From positions 5,704,001 through 5,768,000 of the forward strand of contig CM068750.1 in assembly GCA_035084275.1 (NCBI GenBank): 64,000 nt of DNA, read 5' to 3'. The position numbers were made by a program, and so were the translations under genes. Position 1 is the stretch's first letter. Each line of letters opens with the position of its first letter. Below the pieces are notes generated by a model. That model was given only the letters and a program-made list of their open reading frames with translations. It was not told where the DNA came from and ran no database searches. Origin of the DNA: Hydrolagus colliei (taxonomy: Eukaryota). Shown here piece by piece: positions 51,831 to 63,465 of the stretch.

Positions 51831-52380
51831 TGCTGAGTGCCTGTCTATGTTAAGCAGCCACCCATCCCTGACTGTGGGCAGCCTAGTTTTTCTCTGTTGA
51901 CTAACTGTTCCCCTTTTGTTTCCCCCTCCTCTCCCCCCCCCCCCCCCCTCCTCTCCCCCACCCCTCCTCTCCCCCCACCCCTCCTCTCCCCCCACCCCCC
52001 CTCCTCTCCCCCCACCCCCCCCACCCCAAATATTAATAATCATTTTTTTTGCATCATTTTTTGTAATGTTGTCGTTATTGGTGGGCGCAATGGTCTGTTT
52101 CAGTGCTATGTGTTGTGTGTGCACATGTATATTTTCCCTGAAGGTAGGTCTGCAGGAAGGGTTCAGTGTAATGTTACTTTTCAACATCAACAACAGCGTG
52201 CGTTTATATGGTGTCTTCATGTGGGGGTAGGCGTCTCGGGGCACGTGAAATGCAATCCATGATCTGTACTGCAGCCTGTTATTGGAACATCATCATGATG
52301 ATGATGATGATGATGGTTTCATTTCAGAATATCCACCCTCAGAGCCCAGCTCGGTGATACCAACGGCTCCAGGTCAATGT

Positions 52381-52685
52381 AATAATAATCCTTGCATTTG
52401 AAATAGCGCTTTTCACATCTTCTGGGAGTTTCAAAGCACTTTGCAGAATATTCTGTAAAGTGAGTTGAATGTATATATGTGTGGGCGAAACGCTGCAGCC
52501 AATTGTGCACAGCAGTGTCCCAGAAACAGTTATGGAATTGAAATTTTCCATTTTTATTTTTTTGAGAGATTATTATTAGGCATGTGGAGCAAGGAAACTT
52601 GCCCAAGGATTTGCCCTGCCTGGAATTGAACCCAGGTTCTCTCGTTTGTAAGGCAAGTGCTCGAACTGCTGAGTTAAAGCACTCT
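52381..52685 (-). mobile_element. Near full-length tRNA-derived SINE (same family)
   Basis: Reverse complement of the tail (AATAATAATCCTTGCATTTG) and head (GGAATTGAACCCAGG...CTGAG). Confidence 0.9.
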
Positions 52686-54802
52686 ATGGGATTATTGCTT
52701 AGCATCCGGGAAATAATAAGCCATAGGCTGTTTGTCTAATGTATACAATACTTTTTCTGTCCTCTACGATTTCACAATTTTAAAGTAAAGTTTTAATTAT
52801 CCCTGCATTTGATATTTAGCACCTCATCACATTTTAAATTATGAAGTTTAAACCTTTTACCTTAGGAAACACAACACACCATCCCTCAGCACAACCCAAA
52901 TATTCCTTGGACCAAACCTTATGAAAAATGGGAGGAACCAGTGATAAAAGTGCAATTTCCAATACGATTTCACTTATCTAGGACCTTTCATGTCATTTTC
53001 AAGTGAAATCATTTTAGTTTGTCTAGTTATTGCTGTGGAAAAAAACATGTCAACTATTATTTACACCAGAATAGATCTGTTTCCTCTCAGTTTGGACCTC
53101 TTTTCAGACCGGAAACTTGTCAGCTCTATAATTACCAAACCCAAGGAACTGTCCTGGTGCTCTATTAAGCTACTGATCCAGCTAACCTGAAATAATCCAA
53201 GTGTTCACTGCATTCACTCATTCAATCTACTGTCGGTACAGACAATATTAAAATCAGTGGTTGTCAGAATTCTGACAACATTTTTGCAATGTAGCAAATA
53301 TGTATGTGTTCAGATTGAAGGCATATTGTTATATGCTAACCGACAGTTTAAAGTTAAGATGATAATGATACTATTAAAGAATTGACTGCATTACTTTGGA
53401 ACTTGGCCAAAGTAATCAGTTCACACAACTCTTGCATTTCGAATAGCATTTACAATCTTACCAACGTTGAAACAATTCGGCCACGCAATATACAGTCACT
53501 TCACTTTATACTTTACCGCAAAGCGCTTTGGGATGTCTCGAAGACGTGATAAGGCACTATATCAAATGCAAGGATTATTATTATAATAATAATTACACAA
53601 GCTTCTTCTTTGCTATGCTATAAGGACAGTGTATAATCCATCACCACTATTGTGGCAAACAGTCCTTGAATATGTGTGTTAAAGATAACTGTTACAGCAA
53701 GCAAATTAAATCGGCTACATTGTCAATGGATTAGCAAATAAAATTGATAACAAGTTCGCAGCAGATGCAGAATTATGCTATAGGCACTATCTGGTTTATG
53801 AAAGAGTAAATTTCTGTGCTGCCAAGTGCATAAGGATTAACTGTTGCAACTTCTTATCTGAAAGTAAGGCACTGTAAAATAAACACAGCTTCAATTTATA
53901 CGATTCTAATGACTAAATGTAGCAGCTAAATGATTACATTTCACTGTAATAAAATAAGTAAAGCTAAAACAAAATGAATTTGATTAGTCTTATTCCCATT
54001 TCCATTTTACCACATAAAACTGCCCAGAATTCTGCACTAATGGTGGCTGATTCAGGAAGTGGAAATATTCTGCTAGACACGTTCTCCTGAGAATAGACTG
54101 TTAGATATTGCTTTGTAAAGAATGCTTAAGAAGCTAACAATGTTTCCCGTCCCATGCAGCAATGATATTAACCACTTTGATGAATATAAACATACCACTT
54201 TGTTAAAAAAAACACAAATAATAACTGAAGTGAATGAACTAAATAATTTACACATAACCGGTTGCAAGTGTAGACCGAAATCTTGGTGAAAGTGTTGAAC
54301 AATAAAATTGATTTAAAAAAATATATTATCAAAGTGTACAAGATGTGTAACACGACAAACAATTTGTTCAAAGTTTCCAAGCAGGTCACCGGCCAGTGCA
54401 AGGGCTTTGAGTGACCATTGGGGAGTGAAACCAGTGTGATTTGCGTCCACCCACTTTGTGTTGCATGTGTGCAAGTCGCATTGCTTATGGAACCTTCAAA
54501 TAGTGGGATTTGGACTGCCCCTACATTTGCCAACAAATGTAGCTTGAGTGCTACATTTGTTGGCAAATCCACATAAAAATTGCTGCCATAAGTAGCCAAG
54601 CGTGAAATAGAAACACACCAGTAAAAGGTAAAATTCTCAATCACTAAATGTGCTTTTATGAAAATTTAGCAGACTTTTCTAAAGGAAACAACCAATGAGA
54701 AATATACATAGTGAGTGAGTAAAATTGTTGGACTTCTGATTGCTTGACAGTTCACATGATGTAGCAACAACTCGATGTTGGTGTCATTAGCAGTTTAGTT
54801 CT

Positions 54803-54958
54803 TCACTGTTGAGTCTGAAGTTCTTTCTTTTTTCTGATAATTTTGGCAACATCATTCTTCAGTTTACCCAAACAAGTTTCCAGCTCTCCTCCCAACTCTT
54901 TGATCAGCTCGGTTCTTTCATTTGCAAAGAACCTCAAGGAATGAATATGACCCTCGTC
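54803..54958 (-). CDS. KIF28: KIF28-like last coding exon (156 nt incl. TGA)
   Basis: attttag|DEGHIHSLRFFANERTELIKELGGELETCLGKLKNDVAKIIRKKKELQTQQ*; 'KLKND.A.I..K' resembles the KIF28 C-terminus. Confidence 0.88.
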   Translation of the reverse strand, partial: DEGHIHSLRFFANERTELIKELGGELETCLGKLKNDVAKIIRKKKELQTQQ

Positions 54959-55942
54959 CTAAAATCAAAGCAAACAAGGAACTCTGATTAACCAACCTCA
55001 CCAAAAGGTTTTTACATTGTGTGGTATGTGTGTCTGGAAAAGCCTTCCGGAACACTGACCTATGTTCAAACCCATCAGAATGACAGAAGCAATTGAGTGC
55101 AAATGTAGTTCTGCACTAGAAAAAGATAAAATAGCATGTGTCTGAATTAAATAAAAGATCTGAATAAAATTAACAGCAAATATGCGTACAGAAATAAAAC
55201 AGTTTAAAGGCTTGATGGAAAGAACATTTCCCATTAGTTTGTGGAGCTTCAAAAGGAAACTTCAAAGCTCCAGTCTTGCTTGGTGCTTGTTAATCTTGAT
55301 GCATCGCCTTTAATTTCCCTACTCTGGAAAGTGGGGTAGCAAACCTCCACAGGTTGTGACTTCATGAGTTGCCCATGTAAGACTAAAATAATAATTTGAC
55401 TGTGGGGCTGTGAAGAATTCTAAACAATGAAGAGTCATCCATTGGCAGAATTTCCTGGAATTCTGTCCCATTTACACACACCAAATACACTATCTAGAGG
55501 AAAGCCCCATTTTCAAACACTCTCAAGATGGAACCTCGTGTTTAATTAGATTGCTGAAATAACTTTTTTTCCCTTTGTTTTTGGACCTCTTCATCATATG
55601 TATACCTTTACTATTTTCTGTTCCAATATGCAATACAGTACAGTACTTTACACTTGTTTTAATTGTATCTTAGGCTTCTATCAGGAATATTATTCCATAT
55701 ACAGGAGTATTAGTCAATAGTATTTTTAGTGCAATGAATGTTTCATATTATTATCTTTAGATTGTATTTATTTGAATAACTATTTTTGCCAAAAGCATTT
55801 TTGCCAACCTGAAATTATTCTTTTCAATGTCTTTTTTTCCATGAAGAGAAGAAAACGGGACACAGGGACTTCAAGCAGTTCAGGTTTGCAATCAAGCCTA
55901 TGGCACAAGGGCAGTAATAAGATGCAATGAATTCTCTCTTAC

Positions 55943-56103
55943 CAGTGGCCTGATCTCATTCAGATGGATCAGTCTCCCTCTCACTCCATTCATGCTGAAG
56001 TAGAACGCCTTGAGTGCTTTTGCAAACTCAGCATCCCAGTTGGGAAAGGGTGACCTCAGGTTGGATCTATCGTCAGTTAATTTTGCTGCATTCCCGCATG
56101 CAA
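55943..56103 (-). CDS. KIF28: KIF28-like penultimate exon (161 nt)
   Basis: ACGNAAKLTDDRSNLRSPFPNWDAEFAKALKAFYFSMNGVRGRLIHLNEIRPL; the 'AKALK.FY.SMN..RG.L' motif as recalled from the KIF28 tail; CTG|gtaaga; phases 1/0. Confidence 0.88.
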
Positions 56104-56501
56104 CTGAGGACACAGATTTAAGGTAATCACAAAAGGAATTAAAATGGGAGCTTGTAAACATAAAATCTTTTCTCAGAGAGCAGTTGGGACTGCAATTCTC
56201 TACCACAAACTATTGTCGGGCAGAGATCATAAATTATTCAAAAAGCAAATTACAGCAGATTGATACTCAGAAAAAAGAGGATTGTGAAAGAGTACGGTGA
56301 CCAAGCAATAGAGTGGGATTAGATTAGATTACTCAAGAAGAGAAACACTCTAGTACATTCATGATGGTCAAATAGCCCTGTTTCTGTCCTGTAATATTCT
56401 GAGATTCTGTAATGAAAAATTAAGATTTGGTTGAGTGCAAAGGAATGAGTAAAAGATCCAGCAGCGGGCAAAGCACAGCATAGCAGGCAACTGACACTAA
56501 C

Positions 56502-56664
56502 TGCTGCTATCGTGGTCTGAGGTCAGTCTTCTCAGCTCCCCTGCTTTCTCTCTCATATCAAAATTATCGCTTTTCAAGATTCGATTTGCTTCTCTCAAGT
56601 CCACAGTTTCCTGCTCCAGCATTTCGAGTTGCTTGGATAGTTTGAGTCTGTGCTCTTCATAATC
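56502..56664 (-). CDS. KIF28: KIF28-like coiled-coil exon (163 nt)
   Basis: DYEEHRLKLSKQLEMLEQETVDLREANRILKSDNFDMREKAGELRRLTSDHDSS; aatgcag| and A|gttagt; phases 0/1. Confidence 0.82.
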
Positions 56665-56825
56665 CTGCATTGGTACAGACAGCAAAATATTTCAACGCAT
56701 TGGATTGTCTGGGATTATTACCCTCGCCGGCCTTTCATTCGCAGGAAAAGAAGCAAATAATTGATGGTATGGATGCAACAGTGGGCAACACACCTACTTT
56801 GTATTAAACAATGAATTCAACATAC

Positions 56826-56932
56826 CAGTGGCACAGATGACTGTTGGTTCCTGTAGCACAAATCTAGTAGAACACTTCCATCACTTGAGAGTGGGATGTC
56901 ATCAAATATTGTATCCATTTCTTGGCAGCCTT
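56826..56932 (-). CDS. KIF28: KIF28-like exon (107 nt)
   Basis: EGCQEMDTIFDDIPLSSDGSVLLDLCYRNQQSSVPL; atgtcag| and CTG|gtatgt; phases 1/0 bridge the neighbouring exons. Confidence 0.8.
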
Positions 56933-57274
56933 CTGACATATAACATAATGATTGTTTGTCGTCTATTAGTTTTGTGCAAATACACTCTCACCCACAAATA
57001 TTTCATTTTAAAGAGGCAATAAAACTTCATGAAAAGAAACTTGATAAAAGAATGGGATAAAACTTGCAGTGTTCATTAATCCATTGCTGTAATTAATTGA
57101 GGATCACTGTAAAATGTACCCAAATATACATGAAAATCTCAGAAGTATGTTAACTGAAAATTCTTCATCAAAAGTGTTTTTGTCTCGACAAAAAGATCCA
57201 ACGACTCTTTTGATAAAGTAATTGGAGTGAGCATTCCCAGTAGCAAATCTCACTGCGACAGCCAATGCACATAC

Positions 57275-57441
57275 CTTGGAGGCCCCATAGTTGCAGCACC
57301 AGGGCGTGGGTTTTCAGATAGCTGAGGAAATCGGTGGTAACATGTTGAACAGTGAAGCGTATTGAATAATCCAGATCAGGATTTGCATTACTCCAGGCAG
57401 CGGGTGTGTAGAATACTGTAGGAAGGCCATATAGCACAAAT
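57275..57441 (-). CDS. KIF28: KIF28-like exon (167 nt)
   Basis: FVLYGLPTVFYTPAAWSNANPDLDYSIRFTVQHVTTDFLSYLKTHALVLQLWGLQ; gttgtag| and G|gtatgt; phases 2/1. Confidence 0.9.
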
Positions 57442-58600
57442 CTACAACACATAAATCATTACACGACCATTTGGGGAGATGCCAGTGAGGAACTTGATAT
57501 TCAATCAATGATGTTATGAATGAATATCAATGCTTATATGCACAGTTAAATCTGATGCTTTGTAAATTTTGTGATGGTTTGTAAGAGAGATAGACATTTG
57601 GATATTAGAGGTATTCGGAAGTATGGTAAGATGCGGGCATTCAAATGAAAATATCTGCTAAAATTCAATAAATTGATAGAACAGTCTTGATGGACTGAAT
57701 GGCCTTATCCTGTTCTATGCTGAAATAGGTTTCTACTTGCGAGTGATTTATATTTGCAGATGTAAAATATATAGATTTATATTTACTATTATTGCAGAAA
57801 GTATATCTACATCAAAATTGTTACAATGGCAGTTTCTTCCAACTATCTATTTATGCAATTGAAACATTAACCTTTCTTCACACACAGTTCAGTGTGATAA
57901 GCAGCAAATCAACATGACAGAAGAGAAAAAAGCTACAGTGATTTTCAAAGCAGCAAGACTGGAGTTTTTTTTGGAATCTGCTCCTAAACCCAGTGTGAAT
58001 GTTGAAAATAATTTCAACTGAAAGCAGAGACTCAAATAGAAGTTGGATTTACAAAGAATAACAGAGGTGAATTCCTGGATTTAAAGCACTATCATGGTCT
58101 TAAGAAGAGTGATCTTAAAGAGTTATCGTTAGTCTTTTGCTCATTCCATGATCCCTAACATCCTTAAACAATTCTTAAAATAGTTTAAAAGTAGATACAT
58201 AGATACTAGCTACAATAATAAACAAGCTAACAGTAATTAAATTATGAGCGATGTGCATTATTGTTACACCTCAACAGTTCAGCGCTTACAGATGGAAGCC
58301 ACATCGTTTGCAGTTCAGATTGAATTTGGGTTGGGCCTTTAGTGAACAGACCAGAAGAGGAACGTGCACGTGAAAATGATCAATGGGGGAACAATGGTGG
58401 ACTTCCATGAAACAAATAACATCTTCCAGTTTTCTATAGTTATCACTATGCCTTTAGAAGGCCAAGTGAAAGAGCGCATCGCGATGCCAACAGCTTGAGT
58501 CTGCTGTTGAGTCAGCCCGGCTAATTGGATTGAAACCTCAGGTGTTCTGAGCCATTTGTAATGCCCCTGGTGGTTTGAGATAAAAGCTGGGATTTCTCAC

Positions 58601-58735
58601 CCAATTTGAACTCCTCTACTGCTGTTCTCGCGGATCCACCTCACTCCCAAACACAGACTAATCTGCATTTGAAAGTCCATGCGTTTCCCCAGAAGATTAT
58701 CAGGATCAACAACGACAGATTCCTCTCCCAGTGGA
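58601..58735 (-). CDS. KIF28: KIF28-like exon (135 nt)
   Basis: PLGEESVVVDPDNLLGKRMDFQMQISLCLGVRWIRENSSRGVQIG; tgtttag| and GG|gtgaga; phases 2/2. Confidence 0.9.
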
Positions 58736-59223
58736 CTAAACAAAGAGTACACACAGCAAATTAGTTGCCGTTCCTCCTGTAATTGCAGCTTTTCTCAAGG
58801 TGTTCACGTTCACGAGACTACAAACTGTGTTCTCTCCACCCATATTGTTGTAAAAATTGTGCTCAATAGAAATATGTTGTTGTATCACAGGCATCTTATT
58901 CACAGAAAACGTAAAGAATTATAGAATTGTACACAGTCCACTACAGAATCACAAATTTACAATTTTATATATATATATGTATAAACCTACAAAAGCACTT
59001 CAAGGTGAATGATCTTAATGTTAAAGCTATAATTTAGAATTTGCCAAATTCTGGATGGACTCTCTAAAATGCTATAAAGACTATATCCACACCCTGTTGG
59101 AATTTCTCCACCGAATGGCCATAAGTACAATGTCAGCTCAACCTCTGTTACTGTGCCTTGAGTTTGGAATTTGGGTAACCATCAATTGATTGACTGCAAT
59201 ATTATTCTCACTAAATATAACCT

Positions 59224-59515
59224 TTAGCTCAGTGGTTAGAGCACTTGCCTTACAAGCGCGAGACCTGGGTTCAATTCCAGGCAGGGCAAAACCTTGAGCA
59301 AGTTTCCTTACCCCACATGCCTGATAATAATCCCTCATGAAAAAAAAATTGGTCATTTCAATCCATGACTGTTTGTGAGACACTGCTGTGCACAATTGGC
59401 TGCTATGGTTTCGCCCACAAATTTACAGTCAATTCATTTTACAGTATATTCTGTGAAGCACTTTGAGACGTCTAGAAGATGTGAAAAGTGCTATCTCAAA
59501 TGCAAGGATTATTGA
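59224..59515 (+). mobile_element. Near full-length tRNA-derived SINE (same family)
   Basis: GCTCAGTGGTTAGAGCACTTGCC...GGTTCAATTCC head; AAATGCAAGGATTATT tail. Confidence 0.9.
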
Positions 59516-61255
59516 TATCATTTATCCACATAACAATATCAAGCAATCATTTATATTGCTTCATATTTGCTGTGCGCAAATGTGCTGCCATATTTTCCTA
59601 CAAAGTACAATCACTACACTTGCAGTAAATCCTGCCTAGTACTTTAACATATCCTCACAATGTGAAAGGCCCTGTGTCAAATGCAAGGATTATTATTGCT
59701 TCATAACTAGTGGCTATGTAATTTTATAAACATAATTTCAATTTAGAATTTGGCTCAGCATCCACAAACATCTTAATTTGTCAGAAGTGAAAATTGGAAC
59801 AACAAAATATAAGGCAACATGAAACATGCAAATGCGAAAATAAAAATAGTCTATTATCATTATGACACGTATGAAGGGCTATGAACACGTCCACAGCTAC
59901 AAATTTCTACCAAGTGAATACTTAGTTTGCCCTGAATACACATTTACTATATTTATAGCACACATTCACATTATCCTCTCGTTCTCACACAGCTGCTCTT
60001 ATGTGGGTTCATAATTTAATCGTATTTTTATGTAAATAGTTGAGAACCTTATAAATCTACAGCATATGTTTTGTACAAATATAGGAATAGTGCTTTTATG
60101 GCCCTCCGACTCACCCCATCCCTCCTCTCAATAAAGGCATGTCTCCAAACGTACAATTCTTCTTTGACCGTGTTTCCTTTCACCTTCCACTGCCCTCACC
60201 CTCCTCACAGCTCCCACACTTGGCTTGGGAGACCAGCCAGCATCGTCAAGCTGTTTGCAACATCTTCCTGATGTGAAAGTTTTAACTAAGTTTAAACTGT
60301 ATTATATTACTGTAGTGGGGTTTGATCATTAGCAATGTCCTGCAGAAGGCAATGGGTGTGATGGCAGGCAGTGTTCTAAGGAAAGACACTGATTTTTTTT
60401 TCCCCTTATAATGAACTGCTGGGTTTTGAAGCGCCAAATAAAAACTATTTGTCATCCTCTCAATCCACCTGGCCTTTTAAATTTCTTAATTTGGATTCAG
60501 GAGATCTAATTTTTTTCCCAGTTGTTTATTCCTGCAGAAACACATGATTAGAGTCATATCTAAGCTTGCTCAGGCACGCTCATGAGAGAGCTCTGGCCAG
60601 TTATGTCCCAATTTCTATTTATAAGAAAGATATTTTCTTTCATCCAAAGCATATTTCTCTAATAATTCATACATCGCGCATGAGGCTGTATTTAAAACAT
60701 AGTGTGCAAATTTGGGCATCCTACTTTCAGAAGGGCATTGCTGCATTTGAGATGGATAAGAGAAGTGTGGGGTCTTGAGCTTAGTGAGAGACCTGCAGAA
60801 CTGAACTTATTGGAGTTCAATAAGAGGGGAATTGTGACAGAGATATTTTAAACAATGAGAGGTTGAAATGATATAGATGTAAGCAATCATCTGACTCAAA
60901 TGAAAATGCAGAGCCAGAGGATATGGGTTCAACCATGAACATGCCTCAAACAAGATGTTACTTTCAGATGTTATTTTAAGTCATGAGCAGTGTATATGTG
61001 AAACAGACTGGCAGAAAAGCAATTGATGCTGTTATGATTAAGTCTAAATATTTGTTTGGAGTAGCACTGAAGGTTATATGGATAGTTCTTGCTGAAATAA
61101 TAATAATGCATCCATTTGATATGGATTATCATGTCTTCGAGATGTGCTTATATTTCCACTTCAATATTCCTACTATTTTTTATAAAAAAGGTTAAATTAT
61201 TCACTTAACTTGAGTTAGCGCTGTTACAAATATGAATTGATGATTGGAAGCTTAC

Positions 61256-61384
61256 TCTCCACTGGGAGTGCAGGGCAGCAGCTTGATCTGAATCACTGCT
61301 TCTTCCTTTCCTCGATAGTTATTTATGTCCACCTGATCTTCAAAGGTCATACAGTAGGCCAAAGGTTCCAGCCACACGTGAGCA
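61256..61384 (-). CDS. KIF28: KIF28-like exon (129 nt)
   Basis: AHVWLEPLAYCMTFEDQVDINNYRGKEEAVIQIKLLPCTPSG; attgcag| and GA|gtaagc; phases 2/2; not in the ORF track. Confidence 0.9.
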
Positions 61385-61653
61385 CTGCAATACATTCACA
61401 TAAGGAACAGAAACACACACTGGGAACAAGAATAATGCAAGCAAAAATGGCTATTAACTATTTCACTGCTGGAAGCGGTTTGTCAGTTTTAACCATGCAA
61501 TGCTGAAGATCTAAACAGTCTATAAATATTGGGATTTCTACAATTGATGGGGTTAAAGAAGAAATAAACAAAAATGTTAACTAGTAAACATAACAGTAAA
61601 CAGGTTGAAGCAGATGGTAAAAAGGGACTCAATTCGGATTCTCACTGATGTAC

Positions 61654-61799
61654 CTTCCAAGGTGCAATGACTCGACAGGGTCCCAGAACACGTCTTCTTC
61701 CAGATCAGTCTGGGTTTCTCCATTTTCCACAAAGTGTTGGTAAACTTCTTCAATCAAAGGCATTCGATCGGTGAACTTGTCCAGTAACCAGACTTCAAC
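61654..61799 (-). CDS. KIF28: KIF28-like exon (146 nt)
   Basis: VEVWLLDKFTDRMPLIEEVYQHF...EDVFWDPVESLHLG, the kinesin-3 (KIF1B-like) 'W..KF..R...D.FWDP...LG' segment; phases 0/2. Confidence 0.9.
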
Positions 61800-62405
61800 C
61801 TTGAAATAAACCAACTGTTGGTTCCATCACATAAACACACAGAAACACGTACACCACACAAACACACATGCATACATACGCTCACTGAACACAATCTGGT
61901 CTTTTCATATTTCTAACATGTTCTTTGTTTTGTCTGACACTATTCAAATCACACATTCTAGTTGAAGGAAGAGATGTTATCAGTGTGATATTGGGGAGTC
62001 TAACATACCCCTAAGCAATAACACTAGTAAATTGGGAAATCCCATACTAAACATGCATTGAAAGGTTCACTAGTGTTAACTTGTGATATGTGCCAGATCC
62101 CATTGAGACGTTAACCCTACATCCATGATTTAGTTGGACTGCAGTAATGTGAATGGACTTTGTTGCTTCTTGAAAAGACAAGTAAGTTTCTTCCATTATC
62201 CTGGCTCCCAAATAAAATTGATCATTGACTACATGTTTCATTGTGGGACCTAGCTGTGGGCAAACGACCAATTAGTCATTAGATTTACAGTAAATTTTGT
62301 GTAGTCCTTTGAGGTGTCCTCCCAATGTGAAAGCCATTATATAAAATGTAAAGATCATCATCATTATTATTATTGCACGTATTCATTCATACTGAGCTGC
62401 CTTAC

Positions 62406-62513
62406 CTGTTTAGTTAGTTTGTTTGTTACCTTCACAATAATTTCTTTTTCCAACTCCTCTCCCTTAGCATCAGTCAGTGCCAAGTTTTTTACCTCTGGTT
62501 CAAAGATAACACC
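62406..62513 (-). CDS. KIF28: KIF28-like exon (108 nt)
   Basis: GVIFEPEVKNLALTDAKGEELEKEIIVKVTNKLTKQ; ttcaaag| and CAG|gtaagg; phases 0/0. Confidence 0.88.
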
Positions 62514-63346
62514 CTTTGAAAGGATAGAAACAGGGTGGTAATTGTTAATGCATTTAATTGCTACCCCTGTGCCTTTCATCTTTTCTCTCTTCATCAGTAT
62601 GTCACACCAAACCCCATATAAAATGTCAGATAAGTGAGCTTCTTCCAGACATTTGCTAATGCCATTCTGTAACTGGCTGCTAGGAGACGGGACATAATTT
62701 TTCCTGGGAAAAATTGTTCTGTTGAGCTTTTCTCCTCCAAAAGACAATGTTTTTGATAATAGCTTGCCACATCCCCTATGATCACCTAACTAATATAGGG
62801 AGTTAACTGGAAATGTCCCCATGTATGGAATGGAAACGCACACTCTCCCTGGAGACATACCCAGCTTACCTAAATTCTGGAGAGTACGAGGCACTCGGTT
62901 GGCAAGAGCCAAGCCTTGGAGATCCCGGAGGGGTTACTGCTGGAGCTTTACCAGCTAAAATCGAATAGCCTGCCACTGAAAACTGTACGGACAAGCTTTC
63001 AGTGTTTGCCATATATCTTTGTCCAACTAGGATCACTTGAGCCAGCTTGGCCTGGTTAACAGGAGACCAGTAGGAGCAATCCTTGCCCTCAGTGATGTAT
63101 CATTGTAAATTGTCTGAGTTTAGTGTTCCGAATCAGCCCCAGATTCATCTCTGGGGCAGGTTTTGTTCCTAAGCTGAGTTCCTTGATGCTCCCCGTGATA
63201 TTAATAAGGAAAGTGCACTTAATCTACCCACACAGATTTGATTAATAAGCTCTCACTCGTACACCAGGTTTTAGCATAATCATGGCATTAACAAATTAGA
63301 GTCAAAGGCCCTTTCTGAAATGATAACAAGAAATGAACAAATGTAC

Positions 63347-63465
63347 CTTGTTAAGTTCCTCACTTATTTGGTTTGCCCAAGCCACTGACGGCATGATTGA
63401 GATAAAATCCTGGACAATTCTTGTCAAATTAGGATCCAGATTTTCTTTCTGCTTTTCACCTGCCA
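63347..63465 (-). CDS. KIF28: KIF28-like kinesin-3, internal exon (gene continues past window end)
   Basis: Reads AGEKQKENLDPNLTRIVQDFISIMPSVAWANQISEELNK; donor AAG|gtacat; in-frame alternative acceptor at 63459. Confidence 0.85.

Noticed and set aside
50621-52262. Long Pro/Gly-rich ORFs (up to 258 aa) around TMEM179 exon 1
   Set aside because: Products of the 29-bp minisatellite, microsatellites, the N gap and antisense/shadow frames of the real exon.
59227-59290. tRNA-like sequence with A and B boxes (also 36470, 45405, 48810, 52620)
   Set aside because: Each runs into the same SINE body and LINE2-type tail; these are SINE heads, not tRNA genes.
62790-63215. GC-richer intronic block that might be a KIF28 exon or a solo LTR
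   Set aside because: The flanking exons join in phase without it; no TG...CA ends or target duplication found; part resembles an old SINE.
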